Shown piece by piece: positions 46,176 to 55,329 of a stretch of DNA of 64,000 nucleotides. Each line of letters opens with the position of its first letter. The stretch's first letter is position 1. The notes below the pieces were generated by a model. That model searched no databases and was not told the origin of the DNA. It worked only from the letters and a program-made list of their open reading frames with translations. Location of the stretch: positions 512,001 to 576,000 of the forward strand of contig CAWDDT010000005.1 in the NCBI GenBank assembly GCA_963801165.1, read 5' to 3'. Source of the stretch: an uncultured bacterium (GTDB lineage: Bacteria; Actinomycetota; Acidimicrobiia; Spongiisociales; UBA5794). Position numbers and translations under genes: made by a program.

Positions 46176-48836
46176 TCAAGGATGAATGTCGAGGCCACAC
46201 TCATGTCCATGTTCATGGTCAATGGCCGCCGGTCGCATCCGGCTGCGGGCGAACATTGCGGAAACGTCATCAGCTCCGGGTTGCCGTGTTCGGTGGGTGA
46301 GGTGGGTGCATTCTTCCCGGCCGGGTTCGCGGGTGGCAAGGTAGAGGGTGTTGGCGTTGCGCCCCCGGCTGAGGGCGACGTAGGCCCATTCCCGGTCGGT
46401 GGTTCCGGTGATGACGGTGAAGGTACGTCCGGTCGTGATGCCTTGGGCTTTGTGGGCGGTGAGGGCGTATCCGTACCCGACATTCCCGTCGGTGAGACAC
46501 CAACCCGGAAGCTCTCGGGTTTCGGGGTCTCGGTCGAGACGAACCGTAACGGTTCCGGCTTTCTGGTCGACGGCGGTGATGGTGCCGAGGTCGCCGTTGA
46601 GGACATCGAGGTGGTGTTGGTTTCGGCGGCAGAGGATCCGGTCACCGGCCTGGAGAACCACGCCCGACGCTTCGTGTGTGGGTCCGTGGAGGCGTCCGGA
46701 GGTGGCGAGGTGCTGGCGTGCCTTTTCGTTGAGTTCGGTGACGGTGTCGTTGTCGTGGGCTAGGAGCATTGCCGAAGCGATGTCACCCGCTCTCTGGACG
46801 TGCCGGTACCAGTCGCTGCTCGCTTGTGCAATCGTGTCGGTGCGGGTGCGTCCGAGGATGAGGCGCCGATGCTCGGCATAGGCTTGCATTGCTTGTTGTA
46901 CTGATCCGTTGCGGAGCTCGTCGAGTGCTTGGCGTTCCCAGGCCGCCTGTTGACGAACGTTGTCGGTGAGTTCGACGGCTGGTAGCCGGTTGGCGAGGGC
47001 ACGGAATAGGCCGCCAGCGTCGATCTCGGGGAGTTGCTTGTAGTCCCCGATCAGGATCAGTTTCCCTTGTGCTTGTTCGACCAGGTCGACGACGGCGGCG
47101 AGTTGCCGGGTGCCGACCATGCCGGCCTCGTCCACAACCACAACAACACCGGTAGGAAGGCCGGACCCGTGGAGGAGCCGGGCGAGGGTGGTGGAGGGGA
47201 CGCCGGTGTCGGTTTGTAGGCCGGCTGCGGTGCGGGCGGCAAGCGCGGCACCGATGATGGGTCGTCTGGTGAGTTGGGCGAGTTGGTTGATGACGGCGAC
47301 GACTGCTGTTTTGCCGCTGCCGGCGGGGCCGATACCGATGTCGATGCTGTTGCCGGAGGTTGCGAAGCTGCGCACCATCTGGCGTTGCCCTTCGGTGAGT
47401 TCCGGTCTGTGCCGTAGCCAGGTTTCCACGAGACGCCGGGGTGCCTGCCAGCGGCCCTGACCTACACCGGCCATTGCGTATTCGATGATCCGCTGTTCGG
47501 TGGCGAGGAGTTCTGCGGTGGTGTAGCTGGGCAGCGCTGGCGCGGGGAACGGCGCACCGTCACGGGTTCGCATCGCAATCACCGCTCCCTCGACGAGTTC
47601 TCGATCCTCCGGCTCGGCGGGCGAATCCGCCTCGTCCCCGGTAGCGGGTTCGAGTTGAGGGCCGGGTAGCAGTGGGATGATGTCACGGCCGGTGAGGAAT
47701 GAGTTGGCGAGGGTCTCGATCTCAGCCCGGGTGCCACCCTCGGGGAGTGCCGCGGCGATGTGTTGGATGACTTCTGGTGTGGCGAATGTCGACCTGTGGG
47801 CGGTGAGCCCGTCTGGTGACGCCAGATCCGCAAACAACGCTCCCACATCTGGTGTGGTGACCCGTCTGCTGCGATCGACGATCCGACTGATCCTCTCCGG
47901 AGTGAGACCCACCTTTGCGGCTCGTCGCTGCCAGACCGCTTCCAGCTCGTCGAGGGGACGGTTGGTCTTGGTCGTGCGGGTGGCGATCACCGCCACCTGC
48001 CGCGCCGCCGCCGTATCCGGAAGACCCTCTTCCTGTCGCCAGGCTTCGAGCTGTCGACGCCGCTGGGAGAACGCTTCGATCTGGGTACGGGTGAACCCGG
48101 CAATATCGGCGACACCGTGATGTACCGGCTGCCACCGCACCCCGAGCCGGTCCGTGAGCTCCCGGCGCAACACTGCCTCATGCAGGTAGCCGGCGGCGAG
48201 CTGATGCCGATACAACAGTCGACCGTCGATAGTCCGCCACACCCCATCGACGCCGTTGACCGTGTTGGCAACGACGACATGGGTGTGTAGCTGCGGGTCG
48301 TCGGCCCGTGACGTGTATTCGGTGAACGCCGCCGCCACATACCCCGACGTCGCGATCGGCCAGGTCTCTACCCGATACCTCGGTCGCCCATCCGGGCCAC
48401 GAACCCGATTTCCGTTCTCGTCGACGACCGGTGTCTTGGTGGCGCCACGAGTGTCGGATGCCACCGACTCCAGATAGCTGAAAGCCTGTGACGTTGCCTC
48501 GCCGAACGCCTCCAGGACCTCTTTGCGGGTGAGTTCGTCACCCAGCGCCCACAACAGCGACACCGACTTGTCCGCCGAGAAGGTCACATCCCACGCCGCC
48601 ACCCCGTCCGTGCGGAGACGACGCCCCAACTGCTCACCGGTGCCGGGATGGTTCCCGTCGAACAGCCGCACCAGACCCTCCGCCGACACACTGCCCGCAA
48701 GGCCCAACTCGGCGGCTCCCGACCCGCACCAACGACCGGTGGCGGTGCCGCCGCGCAGGTAGTAGTCCTCCCGCGGTGAGATCTCACCCAGCTTCTGCAG
48801 GTAATAGTCCTTGACCGCCTTCGCCAGACTCAACAC
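46176..48836 (-). CDS. MOBF (TrwC-family) relaxase-helicase
   Basis: DYY..DYY, DVTFSADKSVS, TSRADDPQLHTH, FSQRR, GPAGSGKT, DEAGM, GD.KQL, YALTAHKAQG, YVALSR. Confidence 0.95.
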   Translation of the reverse strand: MLSLAKAVKDYYLQKLGEISPREDYYLRGGTATGRWCGSGAAELGLAGSVSAEGLVRLFDGNHPGTGEQLGRRLRTDGVAAWDVTFSADKSVSLLWALGDELTRKEVLEAFGEATSQAFSYLESVASDTRGATKTPVVDENGNRVRGPDGRPRYRVETWPIATSGYVAAAFTEYTSRADDPQLHTHVVVANTVNGVDGVWRTIDGRLLYRHQLAAGYLHEAVLRRELTDRLGVRWQPVHHGVADIAGFTRTQIEAFSQRRRQLEAWRQEEGLPDTAAARQVAVIATRTTKTNRPLDELEAVWQRRAAKVGLTPERISRIVDRSRRVTTPDVGALFADLASPDGLTAHRSTFATPEVIQHIAAALPEGGTRAEIETLANSFLTGRDIIPLLPGPQLEPATGDEADSPAEPEDRELVEGAVIAMRTRDGAPFPAPALPSYTTAELLATEQRIIEYAMAGVGQGRWQAPRRLVETWLRHRPELTEGQRQMVRSFATSGNSIDIGIGPAGSGKTAVVAVINQLAQLTRRPIIGAALAARTAAGLQTDTGVPSTTLARLLHGSGLPTGVVVVVDEAGMVGTRQLAAVVDLVEQAQGKLILIGDYKQLPEIDAGGLFRALANRLPAVELTDNVRQQAAWERQALDELRNGSVQQAMQAYAEHRRLILGRTRTDTIAQASSDWYRHVQRAGDIASAMLLAHDNDTVTELNEKARQHLATSGRLHGPTHEASGVVLQAGDRILCRRNQHHLDVLNGDLGTITAVDQKAGTVTVRLDRDPETRELPGWCLTDGNVGYGYALTAHKAQGITTGRTFTVITGTTDREWAYVALSRGRNANTLYLATREPGREECTHLTHRTRQPGADDVSAMFARSRMRPAAIDHEHGHECGLDIHP

Positions 48837-48985
48837 GAGACACCGCCTGAAGCAACTGGTTGCAGATGCGTGTGTCGATCAGGCCGTCGGTACAGTCGAA
48901 GCGGTACGAGTGCCGTGGCGACGATTGCGGTCGTGCCTGCTCGAGGCTGGTCGCAGACGGATCTTCCGCAAAGGTTCGGGTCTGG

Positions 48986-49192
48986 CCAGAGTCTCATAGC
49001 TCCGACTAGACACCCTGACCCTCTCACCAGAGTCTCAAAAACCCTCCACAAATCCTGTCCAAAACCCTGTCAACCGATCCCGGCCGGCCCGCCACCAAGA
49101 AAAACCTCACCCGCCGAAATCGCCCGCCAAATCGGCGTTTCCGACCCAATGACAGGTCCAAGTGCAGCGAAATGGGACTCTGGTGAGAGGGT
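48986..49192. promoter_or_regulatory. Candidate oriT / regulatory region with repeated 11-17-bp sites
   Basis: CCAGAGTCTCA at 48986 and 49027; ACCCTCTCACCAGAGTC (49018-49034) exactly inverted at 49176-49192. Confidence 0.55.
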
Positions 49193-49211
49193 TGGACTTC
49201 ATGCTCAGAGG

Positions 49212-49412
49212 ATGGAACGTCTCGATCGGCTCCTCACTGTCCAAGAACTCGCCAACTACCTCGGAGTGCCCGTATCGACCATCTACGCGTGGCGATACCG
49301 ACACGAAGGTCCACCCGGCTTTCGCGTCGGTCGACACGTGCGCTTCCGGCGGAGCGACGTCGAACGGTGGCTCAACGATCAGCTCGACAAGGTTCGAGGA
49401 CAAAGAACTTGA
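49212..49412 (+). CDS. Excisionase-like / AlpA-like helix-turn-helix protein
   Basis: LLTVQELANYLGVPVSTIYAWRY...GPP.FRVGRHVRFRRSDVERWL. Confidence 0.9.
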   Translation: MERLDRLLTVQELANYLGVPVSTIYAWRYRHEGPPGFRVGRHVRFRRSDVERWLNDQLDKVRGQRT

Positions 49413-49546
49413 AGAAGTGCCGGGGGCAATAGGCGAAGTCGGTGGTAGTTCTGACAGTCGCCTGCAACTTGCATGGCGATCTTGAGGGTGGCGCCACCTC
49501 GGACATGGGGGTACGGTCGGCGGAGGAGCTCCAGGAGGTAGACGAC

Positions 49547-50716
49547 GTGGGTTCGGTACGAAAGGTGAAGCATCGATCCGGCAAGGAGAGCTGGCAAGCA
49601 CGGTGGCGGGACCCGTCGGGCACGGACCGTTCCAAGAACTTCGACCGGAAAGTAGACGCCAGCCAATACCTCGTTGGCTTGGAGTCCGACAAGCTCCGCG
49701 GGCGTTACACCGACCCTCGTCTTGGCCGGACCAAGCTCGCCGGATGGATCCGGGAATGGCAGGCCACACGGACGAACCTGAGTCCTCAGACGCGTCTCCG
49801 TGACGAAGCCTCGATTCGCAATCACGTGCTCCCCGCATTCGGTACCGTTCCGATCGGGCAGCTCCGGCCGGCGCATGTCGCACGGTGGGTTGCGGACCTC
49901 GACGCCAACGGCTCAGCGCCGGCCACCACCCGCAAGGCCTACCAGCTTCTAGCTGCCGCACTGTCCGACGCAGTGGACAATGGGCTCATCCCGCTATCGC
50001 CATGTAGGAACGTGAAGCTCCCCAAGCTCACCTCCCCGGAGATGAGGATTCTCGAGCCGGCAGAGATCAAGGCTCTGGCCGGTGCCGTCGACGAGCGCTA
50101 CCGAGCGATGATCCTGGCCGCGGCGTACACGGGGCTACGTTTTGGTGAACTTGCCGCTCTTCGGATAGAGCGATTCGACGCCCTGCGGAGGACGATCCGA
50201 GTGGAGGAAAGCCTCGCTGAGATCCGAGGGCAGTTCATGGTGAAACCGCCGAAGTCGGACGCCTCTCGCCGGATGGTCTCAGTGCCGTCGTTCGTAGTCG
50301 AGGAGCTGGCGCAACACCTAGCTGAACATGCCGACGGTTCCGGCCTCGTTTTCAATGCACCGTCTGGTGGTCCGATCCGACGTACGAACTTTCGACGACG
50401 GGTATGGCTTCCGGCGGTCCGAGCGTCGGTCGGAGAGCCGTGCACCTTTCACGATCTCCGACATACACACGCTGCACTTCTCATCGCCGTGGGTGAACAC
50501 CCGAAAGTCATCCAGGGACGGCTCGGTCACGCGTCGATCAAGACCACTCTCGATACCTACGGGCACCTCTTCGAGGGGCTCGATGAGGCCGCCGCGGATC
50601 GTCTCGACAAGGTGTGGCGCACCGCTGCTGTGGACGCGGTGTGGACGCAGCGAGATCGGGAGATAATCGAGTTCACAGGCAGAAAACCAAAACCCCTTGC
50701 GGGGCAAGGGGTTTGA
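49547..50716 (+). CDS. Tyrosine recombinase / integrase
   Basis: WQARWRDP, TGLRFGEL, PKS, FHDLRHTHA, RLGHAS, TYGHL; AGGAGG RBS; stop abuts the att core. Confidence 0.96.
   Translation: MGSVRKVKHRSGKESWQARWRDPSGTDRSKNFDRKVDASQYLVGLESDKLRGRYTDPRLGRTKLAGWIREWQATRTNLSPQTRLRDEASIRNHVLPAFGTVPIGQLRPAHVARWVADLDANGSAPATTRKAYQLLAAALSDAVDNGLIPLSPCRNVKLPKLTSPEMRILEPAEIKALAGAVDERYRAMILAAAYTGLRFGELAALRIERFDALRRTIRVEESLAEIRGQFMVKPPKSDASRRMVSVPSFVVEELAQHLAEHADGSGLVFNAPSGGPIRRTNFRRRVWLPAVRASVGEPCTFHDLRHTHAALLIAVGEHPKVIQGRLGHASIKTTLDTYGHLFEGLDEAAADRLDKVWRTAAVDAVWTQRDREIIEFTGRKPKPLAGQGV
50690..50714. terminator. Hairpin terminator between integrase and tRNA-Ile 3' end
   Basis: AAACCCCTTGC-ggg-GCAAGGGGTTT. Confidence 0.7.
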
Positions 50717-50717
50717 C

Positions 50718-50795
50718 TGGTGGGCCCAGCTGGATTTGAACCAGCGACCTCATCCTTATCAGGGATGCGCTCTAACCGAGCTGAGCTATGGGCCC
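50718..50795 (-). tRNA. tRNA-Ile (GAT)
   Basis: GGGCCCATAGCTCAG...CATCC-CTGATAA-GGATG...GGTTCAAATCC...GGGCCCACCA. Confidence 0.97.
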
Positions 50796-50861
50796 GTAGG
50801 GTTGGCGAGTTTACCACCATGGAGGACGAACGATCCGGGGCCGGCATGCTGAACGGCCAAC

Positions 50862-51257
50862 TCAGGCAGCCGATGAATCGTGGTCGTGGCGAGCCCGGAT
50901 TACCTCGTTGACCGAGCCCTCGACGAGCTCGATCAGGTCGCGCAGCCGTGCGGCTACCTGGGCGCCGAGGTCGGTGAGGCTGTACTCGACCCGTGGCGGA
51001 ATAGCCGATTGAACGTCACGGACGACCATGCCGTCGCGCTCGAGCGTGTGCAGGGTCTGCGACAGCATCTTCTCGCTTATGCCGTCGACCCGCCGACGCA
51101 GCGCGTTGAAACGGTACGGGCTCTCGGCAAGGGCGACCAGCGCAAGCGTCCCCCACTTCGAGGCGACGTGGTCGACGATTGTGCGCGATGGGCAATCTCG
51201 GGCGAACACATCCGCCACTAGGTCGTCGGTCGGGCCATTGGTGTCGTCGGATTCCAT
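50862..51257 (-). CDS. HxlR-family winged-helix regulator
   Basis: CPSR..KW, RFNALRR, ISEKMLSQTL..LERDG, PPRVEYSLT. Confidence 0.93.
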   Translation of the reverse strand: MESDDTNGPTDDLVADVFARDCPSRTIVDHVASKWGTLALVALAESPYRFNALRRRVDGISEKMLSQTLHTLERDGMVVRDVQSAIPPRVEYSLTDLGAQVAARLRDLIELVEGSVNEVIRARHDHDSSAA

Positions 51258-51363
51258 GGCGTCATAATACCACGTCGCTCGTAAGTACTAACTGTGTGTA
51301 TAGTGCTTTCTATCAGAAAGTATACGTTTCTCCCGTACCGCCCGGGAGAGAGGAGCCGAAACC

Positions 51364-52224
51364 ATGACCATCGCCATAACCGGAGCCACCGGAAACTTCG
51401 GGAACCTAGCCATCCGCGACCTGCTCGGACGGGATGTGCCTGCCGCTGATCTCGTTGCAGTTGTGCGCTCACCCGAGAAGGCTCGGGAGCTCGCCGATCT
51501 CGGTGTCCAGATCCGTCGCGCCGACTACACCGATCCAGAGACGTTGCGCGCTGCATTCGACGGGGTCGACCGCCTCGTCTTCGTGTCGGGGAGCGAAGTC
51601 GGATCCCGGATCTCTCAGCATCAGAACGTCGTGGACGCTGCAGCGGCCACCGGCATCCAGCTCGTCGCATATACGAGCATCGTGCACGCCGACAGTTCGA
51701 AGATCGTCCTGGCCGGTGAGCACCTTGCCACCGAGCAGATGCTTGCCGCCAGCGGAGTTCCCCACGTGCTTCTCCGCAACAGCTGGTATCTCGAGAACTA
51801 CACCGGTGCCCTCCCCATGTACCTCGAATACGGGACCGTCCTGGGGGCGGCAGGCGACGGACGTGTCTCGGCGGCTACCCGCGCCGACTTCGCCGCCGCC
51901 GCAGCGACGGTCGTCGCTGAGGACGGTCACGCCGGTGCTGTCTACGAGCTGGGTGGCGAGCCGGCCTTCACGCTCGCGGAGCTTGCGTACACACTGAGCG
52001 AGATCTCGGGCACCAAGGTGGTGTACCAGAACCTCGACACGGAAGCACTGGTGGCGGCGCTTTCGGGCGCCGGTGTTCCCGACCCGATGGCACAGGTGTT
52101 GGCGGACTCCGACCTGGGCATCGCCCGCGGCGAGCTGTTCACCGACAGCGGCGATCTCGCCAAGCTGATCGGGCGGCCGCCGACGACCCTGGCCAGGGCA
52201 ATACGAACAGCGTTCGCCGGCTAG
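51364..52224 (+). CDS. NmrA/QorB(YtfG)-like NAD(P)H:quinone oxidoreductase
   Basis: ITGATGNFG, RRADY, AYTS, HLATE, LRNSWYLEN; divergent from HxlR. Confidence 0.9.
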   Translation: MTIAITGATGNFGNLAIRDLLGRDVPAADLVAVVRSPEKARELADLGVQIRRADYTDPETLRAAFDGVDRLVFVSGSEVGSRISQHQNVVDAAAATGIQLVAYTSIVHADSSKIVLAGEHLATEQMLAASGVPHVLLRNSWYLENYTGALPMYLEYGTVLGAAGDGRVSAATRADFAAAAATVVAEDGHAGAVYELGGEPAFTLAELAYTLSEISGTKVVYQNLDTEALVAALSGAGVPDPMAQVLADSDLGIARGELFTDSGDLAKLIGRPPTTLARAIRTAFAG

Positions 52225-52250
52225 CGCCGGGTCCGGGCGTTGCCGCTGGG

Positions 52251-52324
52251 TGGAGACGATCGGATTCGAACCGACGACCCCCTGGTTGCAAACCAGGTGC
52301 TCTGCCAGGCTGAGCTACGTCCCC
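52251..52324 (-). tRNA. tRNA-Ala (TGC)
   Basis: GGGGACGTAGCTCAG...CCTGG-TTTGCAA-CCAGG...GGTTCGAATCC...GTCTCCA. Confidence 0.96.
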
Positions 52325-52412
52325 TCGAAGACGCGACATTGTAGGTTCTCCACCGGCCATTCGGTACTCGGCACCCGGTACTCTTATGGGTCTGCGGCAA
52401 AGAGGGAGCCTG

Positions 52413-53582
52413 ATGGCAAATGCAGTGATCGTCGACGCGCTTCGCACCCCGGGTGGCAAGCGGGGTGGCAAGCTCAAAGACTGGCACCCGGTCGATCTCG
52501 CCTCGGAGGTGCTGGCGGAGATCGTTGCCCGCAACAACGTGGACCCGGGAATGGTGGACGACGTCATCATGGGCTGCGTCTCCCAGACCGGTGAGCAGAG
52601 CGTCAACGTTGGTCGTAACGCCTTGCTCGCCGCCGGTTTTCCGGAGCACGTTCCCGGCGTGACCATCGATCGGCAATGTGGCTCCTCTCAGCAGGCGGTC
52701 CATTTCGCCGCCCAGGGTGTCATGGCGGGGGCGTACGACATTGTTATCGCCGCCGGTGTCGAATCGATGACCCGGGTCCCGATGGGCATCACGATGCAGC
52801 AAGGTCCCGGGGTGCCCTTCGGGCCCAAGATGAACGCCCGTTACGAGAACGGGCTCGTTCCGCAGGGCATCTCCGCCGAGCTGATCGCCGAGCAGTGGGG
52901 GATCACGAGGGAGGAGATCGACCGGCTAGCTCTCGACTCGCATCGGCGCGCCGAACGGGCCACCACCGAGGGGAGATTCAAGAGCGAGATCCTCCCGATC
53001 GCCGTCAAGAGCGATGGCGGCTCTACCGAGATGATGACCACGGACGAAGGCATCCGCCCCGAGACGACCCTCGAGGTGCTCGCCGGGTTGCGTACGGTGT
53101 TCAAGGAAGACGGTGTTGTCACCGCCGGAAACTCGTCCCAGATCAGCGACGGGGCGGCAGCTGTGTTGGTGATGAGCGAGGACAAGGCGCACCAGCTCGG
53201 TTTGGCGCCCCGGGCCCGGTTCAAGGCGTTCGCCGTCGTTGGTGTCGATCCGATAACGATGCTCACCGGACCGATCCCCGCCACCCGCAAGGTGCTCGAC
53301 AAGGCGGGGCTGACCATCGACGACATAGACTTGTTCGAAGTCAACGAGGCGTTCGCCACCGTCATCGCCGCGTGGCTACACGACACCGGCGCTGATTGGG
53401 AAAAGACCAACGTCAACGGCGGGGCCGTGGCGCTTGGTCACCCGCTCGGGGCCTCGGGTGCCAAGCTCATGACCGCCCTTGTGCACGAGATGGAGCGGCG
53501 GGGGGCACGCTACGGTCTACAGACCATGTGCGAAGGTGGCGGTATGGCCAACGCCACGATCCTGGAACTCGTCGAAAGCTAG
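52413..53582 (+). CDS. Acetyl-CoA C-acyltransferase (thiolase)
   Basis: DRQCGSSQQA, TAGNSSQISDGA, NEAF, GHPLGASG, CEGGG. Confidence 0.96.
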   Translation: MANAVIVDALRTPGGKRGGKLKDWHPVDLASEVLAEIVARNNVDPGMVDDVIMGCVSQTGEQSVNVGRNALLAAGFPEHVPGVTIDRQCGSSQQAVHFAAQGVMAGAYDIVIAAGVESMTRVPMGITMQQGPGVPFGPKMNARYENGLVPQGISAELIAEQWGITREEIDRLALDSHRRAERATTEGRFKSEILPIAVKSDGGSTEMMTTDEGIRPETTLEVLAGLRTVFKEDGVVTAGNSSQISDGAAAVLVMSEDKAHQLGLAPRARFKAFAVVGVDPITMLTGPIPATRKVLDKAGLTIDDIDLFEVNEAFATVIAAWLHDTGADWEKTNVNGGAVALGHPLGASGAKLMTALVHEMERRGARYGLQTMCEGGGMANATILELVES

Positions 53583-53591
53583 GTACGGCAA

Positions 53592-53825
53592 GTGCAAGCT
53601 GCGATCGCGATCGCGATCGGTGTGGTGATCATCGCGTTCACCCTGTGGGTGATCCGGCTGCTGCTGGTCCCCCAGCCCGAGGAGCCCGATCCCGATGCGG
53701 TCCGCGAGGTGGCGGTCGACTACCGCTGTGTCATCTGCGGCATGCGGCTGACTGTCACCCACGCCCAGGACGCCGTTCTCGACGCACCGCGTCACTGCCG
53801 CGAGGACATGGTCGAGGTGCCGTAG
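53592..53825 (+). CDS. Small membrane protein with Zn-ribbon-like CxxC...HC motif
   Basis: N-terminal TM; YRCVICG...PRHCREDM. Confidence 0.7.
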   Translation: MQAAIAIAIGVVIIAFTLWVIRLLLVPQPEEPDPDAVREVAVDYRCVICGMRLTVTHAQDAVLDAPRHCREDMVEVP

Positions 53826-53889
53826 CGAGTGTGCTGAAAGAATCGAGTCACACGTGTGCGAGCCTTCGCGGCGATCAACCAGCACCCTC

Positions 53890-54830
53890 CTAGGTGTATT
53901 GATCTGTGAGGTTGTTGACGCGGGTGTTGGGTGGAGCGTCGACTGCGGTGTGATGTCTGTGGTGATTGTATTGGTGTAGCCAGTTGGGGAGATCGTCGGC
54001 TCGTTGCTGGTTCGAGGTCCAGGTTCTGGTGTAGGCCCATTCGGTGGCGAGGGTGCGCTGATAGCGTTCGACTTTGCCGTTGGTTTGGGGATGGTATGGC
54101 CAGGTGAAGATGTGTTCTATGTCGAACGATTCGATTGTGTCACGGAAGAGATTCGAGACGCATCCGGGTCCGTTGTCGGTCATGATGGCCTGGATCATCA
54201 CACCCTGGTCAGCGAACCACTGCCGGGCTCTGGCTACGAACTCGAGACAGGTGATGGCTTTCTCGTCTTTGAGGAATTCGCCGTAGGCAACCCGTGAGTA
54301 GTCGTCGACTACCGAATGCAGATAGGTGTATCCGATCTTGCCGGGACGAGAGACGTTGCCCCAGCCATGGGCTCGCCAGCCGCCCCCAGCAGGGATCTTC
54401 CCGAACTTCTTGATATCAATATGCACCAGCTCGCCAGCCACCTTCTTCTCGTAGCGGCGGATAATCCGTCCCGAAGGCGGGTCCAAATCACGTAGCCTCG
54501 ATATCCCGTATCGTCTTAAGACTCGCCACACCGTCGACGTCACCAAGTGGAGATGACCAGCAATCATCGCTGGTCCCCAACGACGGTTTACCCGTAACCC
54601 GATAATGCGTCGTTCAGTGCGTTGTGCAAGCCGATTCGGACAAGAGCGAGGCACCGATCTGCGGTCAACCAGGCCGGCCTCCCCTTCAGCCAGATAGCGG
54701 TTCCACCACTTCGATGCGACCTGACGAGCACCCCCATCTCGACAGCGACATGAGCAATCGGGCGGCCCTTATTGATTCGTTCACAAAGGATCCGGCGACC
54801 CGTCGGGGTCAAAGGCGCATTAGCGTGCAC
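53890..54830 (-). pseudogene. IS481 transposase, frameshifted near 54730
   Basis: HANAPLTP.GR N-terminus lies in a different frame from SKWWNRY...HIDIKK...VDDYSR...TDNG...QTNGKVER. Confidence 0.85.
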
Positions 54831-54926
54831 AAGGAGCCTCCTCTGGCTGGCGTGATGCGTGTAAACACCACACAACCAGGGAGGCTCAACTAATCACAAC
54901 CGTCAACAACCTCCCGAAGCAATACA
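53895..54926 (-). mobile_element. IS481-family insertion sequence (1032 bp)
   Basis: Terminal IRs TGTATTGATCTGTGAGGTTGTTGACG / TGTATTGCTTCGGGAGGTTGTTGACG; CCTAGG duplication at 53889-53894 and 54927-54932. Confidence 0.95.
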
Positions 54927-54998
54927 CCTAGGGACGAAATTCGCGTTTTCCCCAGCTGTGGAGAACAGCGTGGATAACTACAAGGCTGTAATTTGCCG

Positions 54999-55253
54999 CT
55001 ATCGGTAGTTGAGCGTCATGGCGAAACCGCCCGCGATCCCGGCCAGCCCGATCATCAGCCACATGTTCTTGGAAATGAGGGGCAACGCGACCACATAGTT
55101 GACGAGGATGAGGAGAACACCCAGACCCATGAGGCTGAACATCACGGCCACGTACCAGACCGGCGATGGGCCCTTTTCTGCGACCGGATCCGTCCTCTTC
55201 GGCGGGGTGGGGCGGTGGTTGGCTACTTTCTTGCGCTTCTTCGAGACAGGCAT
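54999..55253 (-). CDS. crgA: Cell division protein CrgA
   Basis: MP.SK.RKK, SP.WY..VM, two TMs; conserved context. Confidence 0.9.
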   Translation of the reverse strand: MPVSKKRKKVANHRPTPPKRTDPVAEKGPSPVWYVAVMFSLMGLGVLLILVNYVVALPLISKNMWLMIGLAGIAGGFAMTLNYR

Positions 55254-55329
55254 GGGCGTAAAGGCTAGCGTCCACTAACCGATACTCTGCAAGCGGCTCC
55301 GGAAACAGGTGAGCCGTTTCGAGGAAGAA

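Larger units (their letters stand above)
36838..50767. mobile_element. Integrative mobilisable element (~13.9 kb) in tRNA-Ile
   Basis: Flanking 48-bp repeats, tyrosine integrase, Xis-like HTH, MOBF relaxase; no T4SS, coupling or phage genes; cargo looks more AT-rich by eye. Confidence 0.92.

Noticed and set aside
36838-50767. Prophage or self-transmissible ICE
   Set aside because: No capsid, terminase, tail, T4SS, coupling protein or FtsK/TraB gene; only integrase, Xis-like protein and relaxase
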